Positions 19,789 to 29,946 of a stretch of 64,000 nt of DNA are shown piece after piece; within the stretch, counting starts at the first letter, position 1; the number at the start of each line of letters is the position of its first letter. The translations under genes were made by a program, and so were the position numbers. Source of the stretch: a virus. The notes under the pieces were generated by a model. That model was not told the DNA's origin and ran no database searches. It saw only the letters and a program-made list of their open reading frames with translations. Where the stretch lies: IMG/VR virus record IMGVR_UViG_3300009151_000031. One strand, written 5' to 3'.

Positions 19789-21233
19789 TAATCAAAGATG
19801 AAGTGAATGTCAAGATTGAAGGATTAGATCTTGCCGACCGCACGGCGCTGGTAAAGAAATTCAAGTATGAAATCCCGGGAGCTCGTTATCAACCAAGTGT
19901 GCGATTAGGCAGGTGGGACGGCAAAGTAGCCTTCTTCCAACTTGGCGGCAGTACATACATCAATTTGTTGCCAGATATTATTACTTATTTGGAAAGCCAT
20001 AATTACGATATTGAGATTGATGACCAAAGAACTTACAGCACTAACTTTGCATTTGACCAAGTAGCCGAAGATAGCTTTGCAGATATTAGTTGGCCAAAAG
20101 GACATCCAGCCGCAGGTCAACCTATTATGCTTCGAGACTATCAGGTACAAATTCTAAATAACTTTTTAGCAAATCCACAAAGCATACAAGAAGTAGCTAC
20201 AGGCGCAGGCAAGACTATTATGACTGCGGCCTTGAGTAAAAGTGTAGAGTCGTATGGTCGCAGTATTATTATTGTCCCAAACAAAAGTTTAGTAACACAA
20301 ACAGAAGATGACTACAAGAACATGGGGCTAGACGTAGGTGTGTACTTTGGTGACCGTAAAGAGTTCGGCAAGACTCATACTATTTGTACATGGCAAAGTC
20401 TAAACATCCTGTTAAAGAATACACAAGCCGGCATCGGTGATGTTACTATTGGCGACTTTATTGAAGATGTTGTATTGGTCATGGTTGATGAAGTACACAT
20501 GGCCAAAGCAGATGCGTTAAAGACTCTGCTTACCGGTGTATTTGCTCGGGTACCTATTCGCTGGGGATTAACAGGAACTATTCCCAAAGAAGATTACGAG
20601 TTTGTTAGCCTGCGTTGTAGTTTAGGTGATGTCATTGGCAAACTAAGTGCTAGCGAACTTCAAGAAGCTGGACATTTGGCCAATTGTCACGTAAATATAG
20701 TACAGTTAATAGATCACGTAGAGTACAAAGAGTATCAAACAGAATTAAAGTATCTAACAGAAACACCGGAACGTTTAAAGTATATTTCAGACCTAGTCAC
20801 CAGCGTCAATGACACAGGCAATACACTAGTCCTAGTAGATCGTATTGCCACCGGTAAGTTACTTACAGAACAATTAGGCGATCGTGCTGTATTTGTTAGT
20901 GGTAGTACCAAAGCCAAAGACAGGAAAGATGAATATGATGAAATTGCTACTAGTACTGGGAAAATTATTGTTGCTACTTATGGTGTTGCCGCTGTTGGGA
21001 TTAATATTCCTCGCATTTTTAATCTTGTGCTTGTGGAACCGGGAAAATCCTTTGTCCGCGTTATCCAATCCATCGGGCGTGGTATTCGCAAAGCGGAGGA
21101 CAAGGACTTCGTTCAAATCTGGGACATAACTAGTACCTGTAAGTTTGCCAAGCGACATTTGACCAAGCGCAAGCAGTTCTATAAAGAAGCAAACTATCCC
21201 TTTACAATAGAAAAAGCAGAATGGCAAAATTAA
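19773..21233 (+). CDS. uvsW: Superfamily 2 DNA helicase, UvsW-like
   Basis: LRDYQ Q-motif, ATGAGKT, VDEVH, GLTGT, IQSIGRGIR. Confidence 0.85.
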   Translation: MQARLIIKDEVNVKIEGLDLADRTALVKKFKYEIPGARYQPSVRLGRWDGKVAFFQLGGSTYINLLPDIITYLESHNYDIEIDDQRTYSTNFAFDQVAEDSFADISWPKGHPAAGQPIMLRDYQVQILNNFLANPQSIQEVATGAGKTIMTAALSKSVESYGRSIIIVPNKSLVTQTEDDYKNMGLDVGVYFGDRKEFGKTHTICTWQSLNILLKNTQAGIGDVTIGDFIEDVVLVMVDEVHMAKADALKTLLTGVFARVPIRWGLTGTIPKEDYEFVSLRCSLGDVIGKLSASELQEAGHLANCHVNIVQLIDHVEYKEYQTELKYLTETPERLKYISDLVTSVNDTGNTLVLVDRIATGKLLTEQLGDRAVFVSGSTKAKDRKDEYDEIATSTGKIIVATYGVAAVGINIPRIFNLVLVEPGKSFVRVIQSIGRGIRKAEDKDFVQIWDITSTCKFAKRHLTKRKQFYKEANYPFTIEKAEWQN

Positions 21234-22018
21234 TAGTATGTGGTTGTAGTTACTCTGCCCCCAGCCAACCCTTACCCGGCACATCCTACGGTGAAGTCCT
21301 TGCTAAACGATTAGGATGGGACGTGGAGATACTAGCACGTCAAGGATGCAGTAATGGTGGTATTCGTGTGCAAATAGATGAAGTGTTACGACAACGTCCT
21401 GCCTTTGCAATCGTGGCACCTACGTTTTGGGACAGGATGGAAATACCTGCTGGTGCGGCACCTTATGATTGGTCGCAAAACACAGAACGTGGATGGAACC
21501 CTAGCTTACAACAACACCTACAACGAGAAATGCTCAACGGATATGATCGATCTGTGGGCATTGATAATGTAAACTATGGCACAAATCCATATCGTATGAT
21601 ATGCGAAACTATCTTTAGTCTAGCAGAGAATTACGATCATCCATATCGTAGTGGCCGGATTGACCGAGATACACAAGCGGCAGTTAAACATTACATTAAC
21701 CATATGTATGATAGTAATTGGAAGCGTCAACAAGATGAATGGATTGTGCGAGATGGTATTATGCAGTTGTTTTATTCAGGAATACCGTTTTTAGTTGTTG
21801 CAAACAACCTTTGGGATAGCGTTACCATACGAGATGCTATACCCAATGTAGTTGATGACAAATACTTGACTTTAAAGTATGAAGACACACCAGCCTATGC
21901 AACAAACAAGTGGCCGTTTGAAGGCAAACAAGACCCAGGATATCACGGTAGTCCTGCCAGTCAAGAGTATCTAGCTGATACCTATTATGATTTGATTAAA
22001 AATACCTGGAAACTATGA
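21221..22018 (+). CDS. SGNH/GDSL-hydrolase-like hypothetical protein
   Basis: CGCSYS block I, LARQGCSN block II, DPGYHG block V-like. Confidence 0.45.
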   Translation: MAKLIVCGCSYSAPSQPLPGTSYGEVLAKRLGWDVEILARQGCSNGGIRVQIDEVLRQRPAFAIVAPTFWDRMEIPAGAAPYDWSQNTERGWNPSLQQHLQREMLNGYDRSVGIDNVNYGTNPYRMICETIFSLAENYDHPYRSGRIDRDTQAAVKHYINHMYDSNWKRQQDEWIVRDGIMQLFYSGIPFLVVANNLWDSVTIRDAIPNVVDDKYLTLKYEDTPAYATNKWPFEGKQDPGYHGSPASQEYLADTYYDLIKNTWKL

Positions 22019-22950
22019 CCGACAATACAGTAACACAAAACATAGACGAATTCAATTGGTTCAAGAACAATGGTATATTCATGCCAATGATAAACGACAC
22101 TGGTCGCAATGTGTTTTATAAGCAGGCCATTGAAGAAAACGTCCGCGGCAAGACAGTGGTAGACATAGGTACAGGTACCGGATTCTTAAGTGTACTGGCC
22201 GCAAAAGCTGGTGCAGAAAAAGTATATGCAATTGAAATGGATCCCGGACGTGCCAAATATGCCAAGGAAATGATTCGTACAGTTGGATTAGATAATATCA
22301 TTGAAGTTGTCAATGATAATTTTTATAATACACAAATACCCGCAGACATTTATGTCAGTGAAACAATAGGTACACCAATCTTTAACGAACATATTATACC
22401 TATTGCTGAACATGCTCGCCAGTTTGGCGGAATGTTTATTCCGGGCAAGTTTGAAATATGGGCTACAGCATTTGCTGACCATCCAATCTTTCCCATTGTA
22501 GAAGTAGAGTCTAATGCATTTGAGTTTCAACCCGATATTGCCATTGATGCAGTATTTGAAAATAAAATCAACGAAGCATTCCAAAAACAACATCCACTAG
22601 ACACTACACTATATCGCGCCAATCATATAGAGAAGTTCTTCACAATGCTACCTAGGTTCAAGGATCTTAAACTAACAGAATTGTACAAGACCGAGCCTAT
22701 AACCGTCGATTTAAACAGCCCCGTGGACGTCAATAACATACGTCTGACTATTCCCAGTTCAGTTACACATCTGTCAGGTATGTGTGTAGTTATATTCTGG
22801 CGTGCCATTGCAGGCAACGTTGTTATGAATGTAACAGACACCTGGTGGGGTAATCCTAGCAAGATGATATTGACCCGCACCCGTAAACCCAACACAGATA
22901 TCACCATGTGGTATGATCCTACCATCCGAGATTGGAGATTTGCATTTTGA
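22015..22950 (+). CDS. SAM-dependent methyltransferase, protein-arginine-methyltransferase-like
   Basis: MINDTGRNVFYKQAI, VVDIGTGTGFLSVLAAKAGAEKVYAIE, DIYVSETIG..IFNE (double-E loop-like). Confidence 0.7.
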   Translation: MTDNTVTQNIDEFNWFKNNGIFMPMINDTGRNVFYKQAIEENVRGKTVVDIGTGTGFLSVLAAKAGAEKVYAIEMDPGRAKYAKEMIRTVGLDNIIEVVNDNFYNTQIPADIYVSETIGTPIFNEHIIPIAEHARQFGGMFIPGKFEIWATAFADHPIFPIVEVESNAFEFQPDIAIDAVFENKINEAFQKQHPLDTTLYRANHIEKFFTMLPRFKDLKLTELYKTEPITVDLNSPVDVNNIRLTIPSSVTHLSGMCVVIFWRAIAGNVVMNVTDTWWGNPSKMILTRTRKPNTDITMWYDPTIRDWRFAF

Positions 22951-23486
22951 GAGCAGTTGCACTTGTGGCCCACCCCGACGATTGTGTTATTTTTGCCTGG
23001 CCCTTTATAGAAGCTCACCCAGAGTTCAGCTGGCACATAGTCTATATGACATACATAGACTGGGAGCCTAGAGCAAAAGAGATGAGAGCCTATTGGTCAA
23101 AGCGCAATGTACCAACAACATTCTTGGGTTACACTGACGATTGGCAATACGTAAAGAATGGTGAATTGGGATTCAACGGAGATAATGCTATTAGAGAACT
23201 TGCCAGTATTTCTGGCCAATTTGATTTGATATTGACGCACTACCAGGACGGCGACTACGGCCACGTACATCATAAACTTGTTAATACAGCGGCTCAACAA
23301 AATGGTAAACCAAAGGTTTACTTTGCTAGTACTTTCAACTATAATACAGAATGTATAGTGCAAGAGCCAGTTGCAGTAGACGAGCTTCCGTTACACAAAA
23401 GCGTGATAGAAGAATTTACAGATCGAAATACCGGAAGGTATATCGTGACGCCGGAAGCGGAACTATTAATAAAGAATAATAAATGA
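22932..23486 (+). CDS. PIG-L/LmbE-family deacetylase
   Basis: VAHPDD and DYGHVHH metal-binding motifs. Confidence 0.75.
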   Translation: MEICILRAVALVAHPDDCVIFAWPFIEAHPEFSWHIVYMTYIDWEPRAKEMRAYWSKRNVPTTFLGYTDDWQYVKNGELGFNGDNAIRELASISGQFDLILTHYQDGDYGHVHHKLVNTAAQQNGKPKVYFASTFNYNTECIVQEPVAVDELPLHKSVIEEFTDRNTGRYIVTPEAELLIKNNK

Positions 23487-23983
23487 GAATTTTAACACTA
23501 GATAACACAGCATACCCAATGGATCAAATCCCAGATGAGATAGACGAGGTACGTTTCTGTGTATTAGATAACAGTGATCCCAAAGAACCTGATTATTTTT
23601 ATATTCCATTAATATTTTTAGAGTCATTTAATAGTCCAGCATTGGTGTTACGTATTGGACCGTATACTGTACGCATGCCAGTAGATTGGCAACTGTTAAT
23701 AGGCGAACCTGACTTTGGCGATCTAGAAGTTGTCCCACTAACAAGCATCAATGATCGTGGCTTTAATGTATTTTGTTTTAATCCACTAACTAGTTTTAGA
23801 CCCGAGTTCTATCCAGTGGAAATTATAGATATATATCAAGACGTTAAATGGTATTTTCCAAAACTTAAACCTGGTCAACTGTTGGCCATCCCGTTAACAG
23901 AAGGTGAAAAACCCATGTGTGCATATTTTATCAAAGACATCAGCCGCCAGAGCGAGGTCATAAATTACGGTAAGGTATGGTAA
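23483..23983 (+). CDS. Conserved hypothetical phage protein
   Basis: 166-aa ORF translationally coupled within the operon. Confidence 0.7.
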   Translation: MRILTLDNTAYPMDQIPDEIDEVRFCVLDNSDPKEPDYFYIPLIFLESFNSPALVLRIGPYTVRMPVDWQLLIGEPDFGDLEVVPLTSINDRGFNVFCFNPLTSFRPEFYPVEIIDIYQDVKWYFPKLKPGQLLAIPLTEGEKPMCAYFIKDISRQSEVINYGKVW

Positions 23984-24280
23984 ATGTACACAGGCCCATA
24001 CAAAGCTAATCAAATAAACGAATATGTTGTGTACGAAAGCCCAGATGGTGGACGCACAGTATATAAACGTAAAAGCGGACAAGTTGAAAGAGTATTACAC
24101 AGCATTGATCCAGCATTAGAAGCAGAGATATTGCGTGAAAGAGAACGCAACGAATGGATGGACATATTTAACACAGCCGAGCGTGTGCCTGCTTTACAAG
24201 AAGCCATGGACCGTGTTAAAATATTATACGAGTTAAGCAAAGATTCTAAAACACTTCCACCAGATTGGCACCCAGTATGA
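23984..24280 (+). CDS. Hypothetical protein
   Basis: 98-aa ORF, VYESPDGGRTVYKR. Confidence 0.7.
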   Translation: MYTGPYKANQINEYVVYESPDGGRTVYKRKSGQVERVLHSIDPALEAEILRERERNEWMDIFNTAERVPALQEAMDRVKILYELSKDSKTLPPDWHPV

Positions 24281-24765
24281 CAGTAGCAAAAGCAAAAAAA
24301 GCACCAGCACTTGATATTAAAAAAGAAATGGCGGCCTTTGATCGCAAGGATCGAGATTTCTATGACAACTTAACTGATGAAGAACGCAAGGCCTTCAGTG
24401 GGTTTATGATGATTCGTTGGGGTGCCACAGTACAAGGTAGTGGAGACCTGCAAGCATACTATGTAATGAGTGTTAACGAAAAGTTAAACAAGAACTTCTT
24501 TGACATCAGTCCCAAGGAACATGAAAAACTGCATTGGTTAATGGCCACAACAGTAAGTCCCGGTATGGGCACACACTATCATCCGTGGCTAGGTCTTCCA
24601 AAGAAAACAACAGACAATAAAAATGTTAAGTTTTTGCGTGAACTACACCCGCATTTTAAAGACGATGATCTTAAACTGATGTCTGAGCTAAACAGCAAAG
24701 ACGAACTCAAAGCGTATGCTCGAGATATGGGGTGGGCAGATAAGGATATCAAGAAAGAGTTATGA
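24277..24765 (+). CDS. Clamp-loader small subunit (T4 gp62-like)
   Basis: FSGFMMIRW...YVMSVNE...HEKLHWL pattern; replication-cluster context. Confidence 0.55.
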   Translation: MTVAKAKKAPALDIKKEMAAFDRKDRDFYDNLTDEERKAFSGFMMIRWGATVQGSGDLQAYYVMSVNEKLNKNFFDISPKEHEKLHWLMATTVSPGMGTHYHPWLGLPKKTTDNKNVKFLRELHPHFKDDDLKLMSELNSKDELKAYARDMGWADKDIKKEL

Positions 24766-25415
24766 ACGTACTGGTAAATGGCTGTAGTTTCATGGATAGC
24801 TATTTTTACACTAGACACTTTGATCAATTGCTAGGTGCCCGGACTGTAAACCTAGCCCGGCCTGGCAGTAGTAATCGCCGCATTATAAGAACCACAGTAG
24901 AATATATAGAACGCAATCCTGTAGACCTTGTTGTACTAGGATTGACTTTCTACGATCGTCAAGAAAGTCCGTTAAAACCACAGCATGCCAACCCCTGGGT
25001 CAGTTACAATAGTCAAGGTATGCAGGCGCAGTTTGCATCTGCGGAAGACTTTGATAGTTCAACGGAACATAAAATGGTAGACGATTATGTAAAATCACGT
25101 TACCGGTTTGATATCAATCAACACTATATGGAACAACTGTATCTTGACCTAAAGTTATTGGCCTCGTACCTTAGAGAACGATCCATTGAGTTTTGTATTT
25201 TTAACACCTGTGATAGACATCACCAAAATGTCAAGTTAGGACCGGGGTTTGTACCATTTACCTTTATTGGCAATGAGTATTTAGAACAAAATGGATCTGT
25301 ATGCATGGAGCAGGATCGGAATTTGCCCCTTAATGCTAGACATCATTACGGAGAAGATGTTATAATGTTAGTTCAGTATCTTGTAAAGTTTATCAATGAC
25401 AACCGAACCGTATAA
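24762..25415 (+). CDS. SGNH/GDSL-hydrolase-like hypothetical protein
   Basis: VNGCSF, LARPGSSN, terminal HHYG; paralogous pattern to 21221..22018. Confidence 0.45.
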   Translation: MNVLVNGCSFMDSYFYTRHFDQLLGARTVNLARPGSSNRRIIRTTVEYIERNPVDLVVLGLTFYDRQESPLKPQHANPWVSYNSQGMQAQFASAEDFDSSTEHKMVDDYVKSRYRFDINQHYMEQLYLDLKLLASYLRERSIEFCIFNTCDRHHQNVKLGPGFVPFTFIGNEYLEQNGSVCMEQDRNLPLNARHHYGEDVIMLVQYLVKFINDNRTV

Positions 25416-26088
25416 GTGTCGCTATTGCGAAAAGGCATTTGTCAAGGAATCAACCTTGGCGGTGCATCTTTGCGAGCCCAAACGTCGGTGGCAACAAGAA
25501 AAAGAAGTGGGTGTGCAATTAGGACTCAAAGCCTATTTGCGATTTTACGAAGTAACACAGGGTAGCGCCAGGCTAAAGTCATATGCAGATTTTGTTAGCA
25601 GTCCTTATTATAATGCTTTCGTCAAACATGGAAGATACTGTCAATCGATACGCTGTATTAACTTTGCTAATTTTCTTGATTGGCTATTACGCAATAATAA
25701 AAAAATAGATAACTGGTGTAGTGACAAATTATACGAAGAGTGGATGCATGACTATCTACGTCGAGAGGCAGTACAAGACGCTCTTGAAAGAGCATTAAAG
25801 GAAATGCAAACGTATGCAGATGACCATCCTGACCTTAAAAACGGTTTTAGCGATTATTTTCGTTATGGTAACAGCAACCGTGTGGTACATCATATTGTTA
25901 CCGGCCGTATTAGTCCTTGGATTGTTTACAACTGTGCTTCGGGTGTTGACTTTCTTGGTAACTTATCAGAAGAGCAAGTAGCAATGGTAATGCCCTGGAT
26001 CGATCCCGACCACTGGCAACGTAAATTTACAGATTATCTTGCTGATACAGAATGGGTCAAGGATATCTTGAACAAGGCAGACCTATGA
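25396..26088 (+). CDS. Protein with N-terminal C2H2-like zinc finger (possible helicase-loader-like)
   Basis: CRYCEKAF...LAVHLCE; located among replication genes. Confidence 0.5.
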   Translation: MTTEPYKCRYCEKAFVKESTLAVHLCEPKRRWQQEKEVGVQLGLKAYLRFYEVTQGSARLKSYADFVSSPYYNAFVKHGRYCQSIRCINFANFLDWLLRNNKKIDNWCSDKLYEEWMHDYLRREAVQDALERALKEMQTYADDHPDLKNGFSDYFRYGNSNRVVHHIVTGRISPWIVYNCASGVDFLGNLSEEQVAMVMPWIDPDHWQRKFTDYLADTEWVKDILNKADL

Positions 26089-26693
26089 AATTTCGGTCAG
26101 ACATTGATATTGATTTTGGTGATCGTACACGAGCACTAGACTTGCTTAAACATACTCCTGCTAGTATCAATCGTGATGGCAATTGGGTTAATCATAATAC
26201 TGGTGTATATGTAACAGACATTCCGACGGACCCATTTACAGGGCGTGCCAGCTTAGATTATGAAGCCGCAGAAGCTCGTGGCTACATGAAGTTGGACATG
26301 CTAAATGTTAGTTTATACAATCAGGTAAAGAGTGAACAGCATCTACAGGAGTTGATAGCACAAGAACCCGAGTGGGAACGACTGTATGACCCAGAGTTTT
26401 GCAGTAAACTAATACACATCGGTAACCACTATGACACCTTGATTAAAATGCCCGAAGCTGTGAACACTATACCACGAATGTCCATGTTACTGGCCATAAT
26501 ACGTCCAGCAAAAAGACATTTGATTGGTAAATCTTGGAAGGATGTTGCCGCTGATGTGTGGACTAAGCCCACAGATGATGGATACTTCTTTAAAAAGTCG
26601 CATAGCCTGGCCTATGCACATCTAGTTGTTGTAAATATGAACTTATTGAGTAATAGCGATATTACGTTTAGACAACTTTGCGGACAAGCGTAA
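26085..26693 (+). CDS. Miniature family C DNA polymerase (DnaE catalytic-core-like, ~202 aa)
   Basis: SDIDIDF, HNTGVY, GYMKLDML, FKKSHSLAY are collinear with DnaE PDxDxDF, HAxG, GLxKxDFL, FNKSHxxAY. Confidence 0.75.
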   Translation: MKFRSDIDIDFGDRTRALDLLKHTPASINRDGNWVNHNTGVYVTDIPTDPFTGRASLDYEAAEARGYMKLDMLNVSLYNQVKSEQHLQELIAQEPEWERLYDPEFCSKLIHIGNHYDTLIKMPEAVNTIPRMSMLLAIIRPAKRHLIGKSWKDVAADVWTKPTDDGYFFKKSHSLAYAHLVVVNMNLLSNSDITFRQLCGQA

Positions 26694-27042
26694 TACTTTT
26701 GCGCTTTGATCTTTTGCTGGCCATCTCTTTAAGGCTAACATAAGGTCCCATCTTGATTTCTACGTCCTTGCTGTTCATTGTACGTAGACAGGTCTTAAAG
26801 ATAGCCCAATCCTGCTTTAGAAACACGTTAATGGGCATCAATCTGTTACTTTCCCACCACCATGTTTCGCCAAGACTCAGGAACACCTTCTTGATTTCTG
26901 CATTTTTTAATGTGCCAAAATCATAAAGTGTAGTTATAATTTCGTCAAAGTTCTGTATGATGCCTATATAATCATTACCGCCATATGTTATATGTGAAAG
27001 GTAAGGGTATTGGGCGAGTAGTTGCTTGTAGTGATCTTCCAC
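26668..27042 (-). CDS. Hypothetical protein
   Basis: ORF track 26668..27093; probable GTG start at 27042; WWWESNR motif. Confidence 0.65.
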   Translation of the reverse strand: MEDHYKQLLAQYPYLSHITYGGNDYIGIIQNFDEIITTLYDFGTLKNAEIKKVFLSLGETWWWESNRLMPINVFLKQDWAIFKTCLRTMNSKDVEIKMGPYVSLKEMASKRSKRKSITLVRKVV

Positions 27043-27079
27043 GTTGTCCGATAAATAGTTATTAAAGACGAACCAATTA

Positions 27080-27568
27080 ATGATTACTGTCAAAACATAT
27101 TTATACCCAAATACAGCCGAGGTTCAGGTTTTTGATCCTACGATATTTACAACAAGGAATCGCCAAGTGTACTCACGCCCTATCAAAGTCTATCAAGGTA
27201 TAGACAATCCCATCCAAGTCTTGGTTAAGAATCAAGATCAAAAGAATGTTAACCTGACAGGATATACTGTGCAGGCCAGCATACAAGATCCCACTAACAA
27301 AACAACCATCGAAACTTATGCTGTTACTTTTGCCAATATTGCTGTTGGGCAAGGCACGTTTACTCTGGATAAAGGTACTATTAACACCTTGGAAAATCGT
27401 TTTTACAAACTGACATTTAAAACAATCAAATCAAGCGACAACACAGAACAACCGGTTTATATCGACGACAATTATGGTGTTCCACTGGATTTAGAAGTGT
27501 TGCCAGCTTATTATGCAGACTCTGCCAGCGATACCAGTGAAGTTATATTTGATGGTGGAGTAATTTAA
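27080..27568 (+). CDS. Virion structural protein (BppU-N/Ig-like)
   Basis: IKVYQGIDNPIQVLVKNQDQKNVNLTG pattern; ATAAATA upstream. Confidence 0.5.
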   Translation: MITVKTYLYPNTAEVQVFDPTIFTTRNRQVYSRPIKVYQGIDNPIQVLVKNQDQKNVNLTGYTVQASIQDPTNKTTIETYAVTFANIAVGQGTFTLDKGTINTLENRFYKLTFKTIKSSDNTEQPVYIDDNYGVPLDLEVLPAYYADSASDTSEVIFDGGVI

Positions 27569-28869
27569 TGACAACATACGCCAACGTGGGCCACGTACTA
27601 TTAAAACGTGGTAATACAGCACAAAGTCGAGGTTACACAGGCCCATTGGGTGAACTAACTTACGATACAGATCTAGGCACAGTACGAGTACATAATAATA
27701 TTGTAGCTGGCGGTGTTAATATCTTAGCCACACAGGCACAAGTCAATTCGATCAATGCCAACCTGGCATCAGCAGTCAGCACAATTGGCAACAGTATCAG
27801 CACCATCACCGGAATTGATGCTATTTTTGTTGCCAACATTAATACGTTGTTGGCCAATGCCGCTGTACAAAGTTTGGCCATTGGCAATTTACAAGCGTTT
27901 CAGACTTATGCCAATGCCACATTTGGTACCAGTAACTTTGGCAATGCCAATGTTGCGGCATATTTAACTTCTAACCCACAGGGCGGGCAATACAGCAACG
28001 CCAATGTGGCCAGTTACTTGCCAACTTATACTGGTAACATTACAACTGGAAACTTAACTGTAAGCAATCGCTCAATCAAATCTACTTACACCGTTCAATA
28101 TCTTTTAGCAAGCGGTGGTGGTGGTGGCGGTAGTGGATATTATACTGGTGCATTTTATGGTTCAGCACCCGGCGGTTCAGGTGGAGCAGGTGGAGTATTA
28201 ACTGGAACTACACAATTTACATCTGGCTTAACTTATAATGTTGTAGTTGGCACAGGCGGTACTGGCGGAGTATGGGGCACAAATAATGGCAATGCCACTA
28301 GTGGTAATGTAACTTACATTTCGGAACCTACAACATTAGCAAATATTATAGCATATTCTGGCGGGTATGGCGGAGGTGCTGGACAAAATGGTGGTGCTGG
28401 CTCTGCCGGCGGCGGCGGTGGAGCTGGAACATCACCTAACGGCACAGGTGACACAGTTACAACTGGTGGATCAGCAAATAATTATTTTGTTAGTTCTTCA
28501 TACACAACACAAGGTACAGCAGGCGGATCTGGTAATAGAACAATGGACGCGGGTGGCGGCGGTGGCGTTAATGTGTCTTTGAGTATAGGCAATGTTACAG
28601 CAACGTACGGCACAGGTGCAAGTGTAAGTAGAGCATATTCTGGTAACGGAGTTAACGCCACACCAAATACTGGTAATGGTGGGGGCGGGGGCGGGCAAGT
28701 ATCTGCTTCAAATAATCAAATTGGTGGCAACGGCGCATCCGGTGTAGTATACATCACCTACTGTAGTCTAACACAACTAGGTACCGGCGGCAACACTTGG
28801 TCCTACACACAAAACGGTTATACATACTGGATGCACCAATTTACTGCCAACGGAACTTACGTAGCCTAA
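27568..28869 (+). CDS. Tail fibre/spike protein with Mtd-N-like N-terminus and glycine-rich C-terminus
   Basis: LLKRGNT...GPLGELTYDTDLGTVRVH; GGGG-rich C-terminal half ending HQFTANG. Confidence 0.7.
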   Translation: MTTYANVGHVLLKRGNTAQSRGYTGPLGELTYDTDLGTVRVHNNIVAGGVNILATQAQVNSINANLASAVSTIGNSISTITGIDAIFVANINTLLANAAVQSLAIGNLQAFQTYANATFGTSNFGNANVAAYLTSNPQGGQYSNANVASYLPTYTGNITTGNLTVSNRSIKSTYTVQYLLASGGGGGGSGYYTGAFYGSAPGGSGGAGGVLTGTTQFTSGLTYNVVVGTGGTGGVWGTNNGNATSGNVTYISEPTTLANIIAYSGGYGGGAGQNGGAGSAGGGGGAGTSPNGTGDTVTTGGSANNYFVSSSYTTQGTAGGSGNRTMDAGGGGGVNVSLSIGNVTATYGTGASVSRAYSGNGVNATPNTGNGGGGGGQVSASNNQIGGNGASGVVYITYCSLTQLGTGGNTWSYTQNGYTYWMHQFTANGTYVA

Positions 28870-28873
28870 TCTG

Positions 28874-28902
28874 TTGACTTAACCAAAAACATCCTGTATA
28901 AT
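28874..28902 (+). promoter_or_regulatory. sigma70-type promoter of primase
   Basis: TTGACT-17-TATAAT; ATG 8 nt downstream. Confidence 0.75.
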
Positions 28903-28909
28903 TTACAGA

Positions 28910-29944
28910 ATGTTGAACTCTATTCGCGACGCCGTAACTCAAATATTACCGCACAAACGTAAAACTAATTCCGCTTCTGGCTGGATTAGTTTTAACGCAC
29001 CCTGTTGTCAACACAACGGTGAATCAGCGGACACACGTGGTCGTGGTGGATTAGTAATGAACGCAGATGGTGGTGTTTCTTATCATTGTTTTAACTGCAA
29101 CTTCAAAGCCAGTTATGTTCCAGGTCGTCCACTATATTATAAATTCCGTAAGTTACTAAGTTGGTTAGGTGCAGACGAAAATACAGTCAAACGACTAGTT
29201 ATAGATGCCATTCGCATACGTGAACTAGTATCACCAGAAACCCTGGTCGAAGTAGAAGAAGCAGAGCCCATAAACTTCAAGGCAAGACCATTGCCCGAAG
29301 AAGCACAAACATTTCACGCACTAAGCAATTTCTATGCATTAAATGATGATCGTGACGTGCCTGACGATTTTCATAACGCTGTGCTATACACAGCCAGTCG
29401 CAAACTTGATTTAAGTAAGTATGAGTTTTATTGGACTCCGGAAACACAATACAATTTACATAAACGAGTAATTGTTCCGTTTACTTGGCGGAACCAAACA
29501 ATAGGATACACAGCACGTGGTATATATGATACCATCAAGCCCAAGTATTACAACAGCCACGAACCTAACTATGTGTTCAACGTTGACCGACAGTTAAAAG
29601 ATGCCAAGTTTGTTGTTGTAGTAGAAGGGCCATTTGATGCCATGGCCATTGATGGTGTTGCTATTTGTGGCAATGAGTGTAGTGAAATGCAAGCAGACAT
29701 TATTGACAGTTTAGCACGTGAAGTTATTGTTGTACCTGATGCAGACCGGGCAGGTGCTCGGTTAGTAGACCGTGCTATCGAATTTGGTTGGAGTGTAAGT
29801 TTTCCTGAATGGCAACAACGGCACAAAGACGTAGGAAGCGCAGTAGAAGAATTTGGCAAGTTATTTGTTTTAAAGAGCATTATCGAAGCTAGACAGTCGA
29901 GCAAATTAAAAATTGAGTTACGTAAAAAAAGAATATATAATTAA
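28910..29944 (+). CDS. DNA primase (zinc finger + TOPRIM; gp61-like)
   Basis: APCCQH...YHCFNC; VVEGPFDA; PDADRAG; KDVG. Confidence 0.85.
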   Translation: MLNSIRDAVTQILPHKRKTNSASGWISFNAPCCQHNGESADTRGRGGLVMNADGGVSYHCFNCNFKASYVPGRPLYYKFRKLLSWLGADENTVKRLVIDAIRIRELVSPETLVEVEEAEPINFKARPLPEEAQTFHALSNFYALNDDRDVPDDFHNAVLYTASRKLDLSKYEFYWTPETQYNLHKRVIVPFTWRNQTIGYTARGIYDTIKPKYYNSHEPNYVFNVDRQLKDAKFVVVVEGPFDAMAIDGVAICGNECSEMQADIIDSLAREVIVVPDADRAGARLVDRAIEFGWSVSFPEWQQRHKDVGSAVEEFGKLFVLKSIIEARQSSKLKIELRKKRIYN

Positions 29945-29946
29945 CT

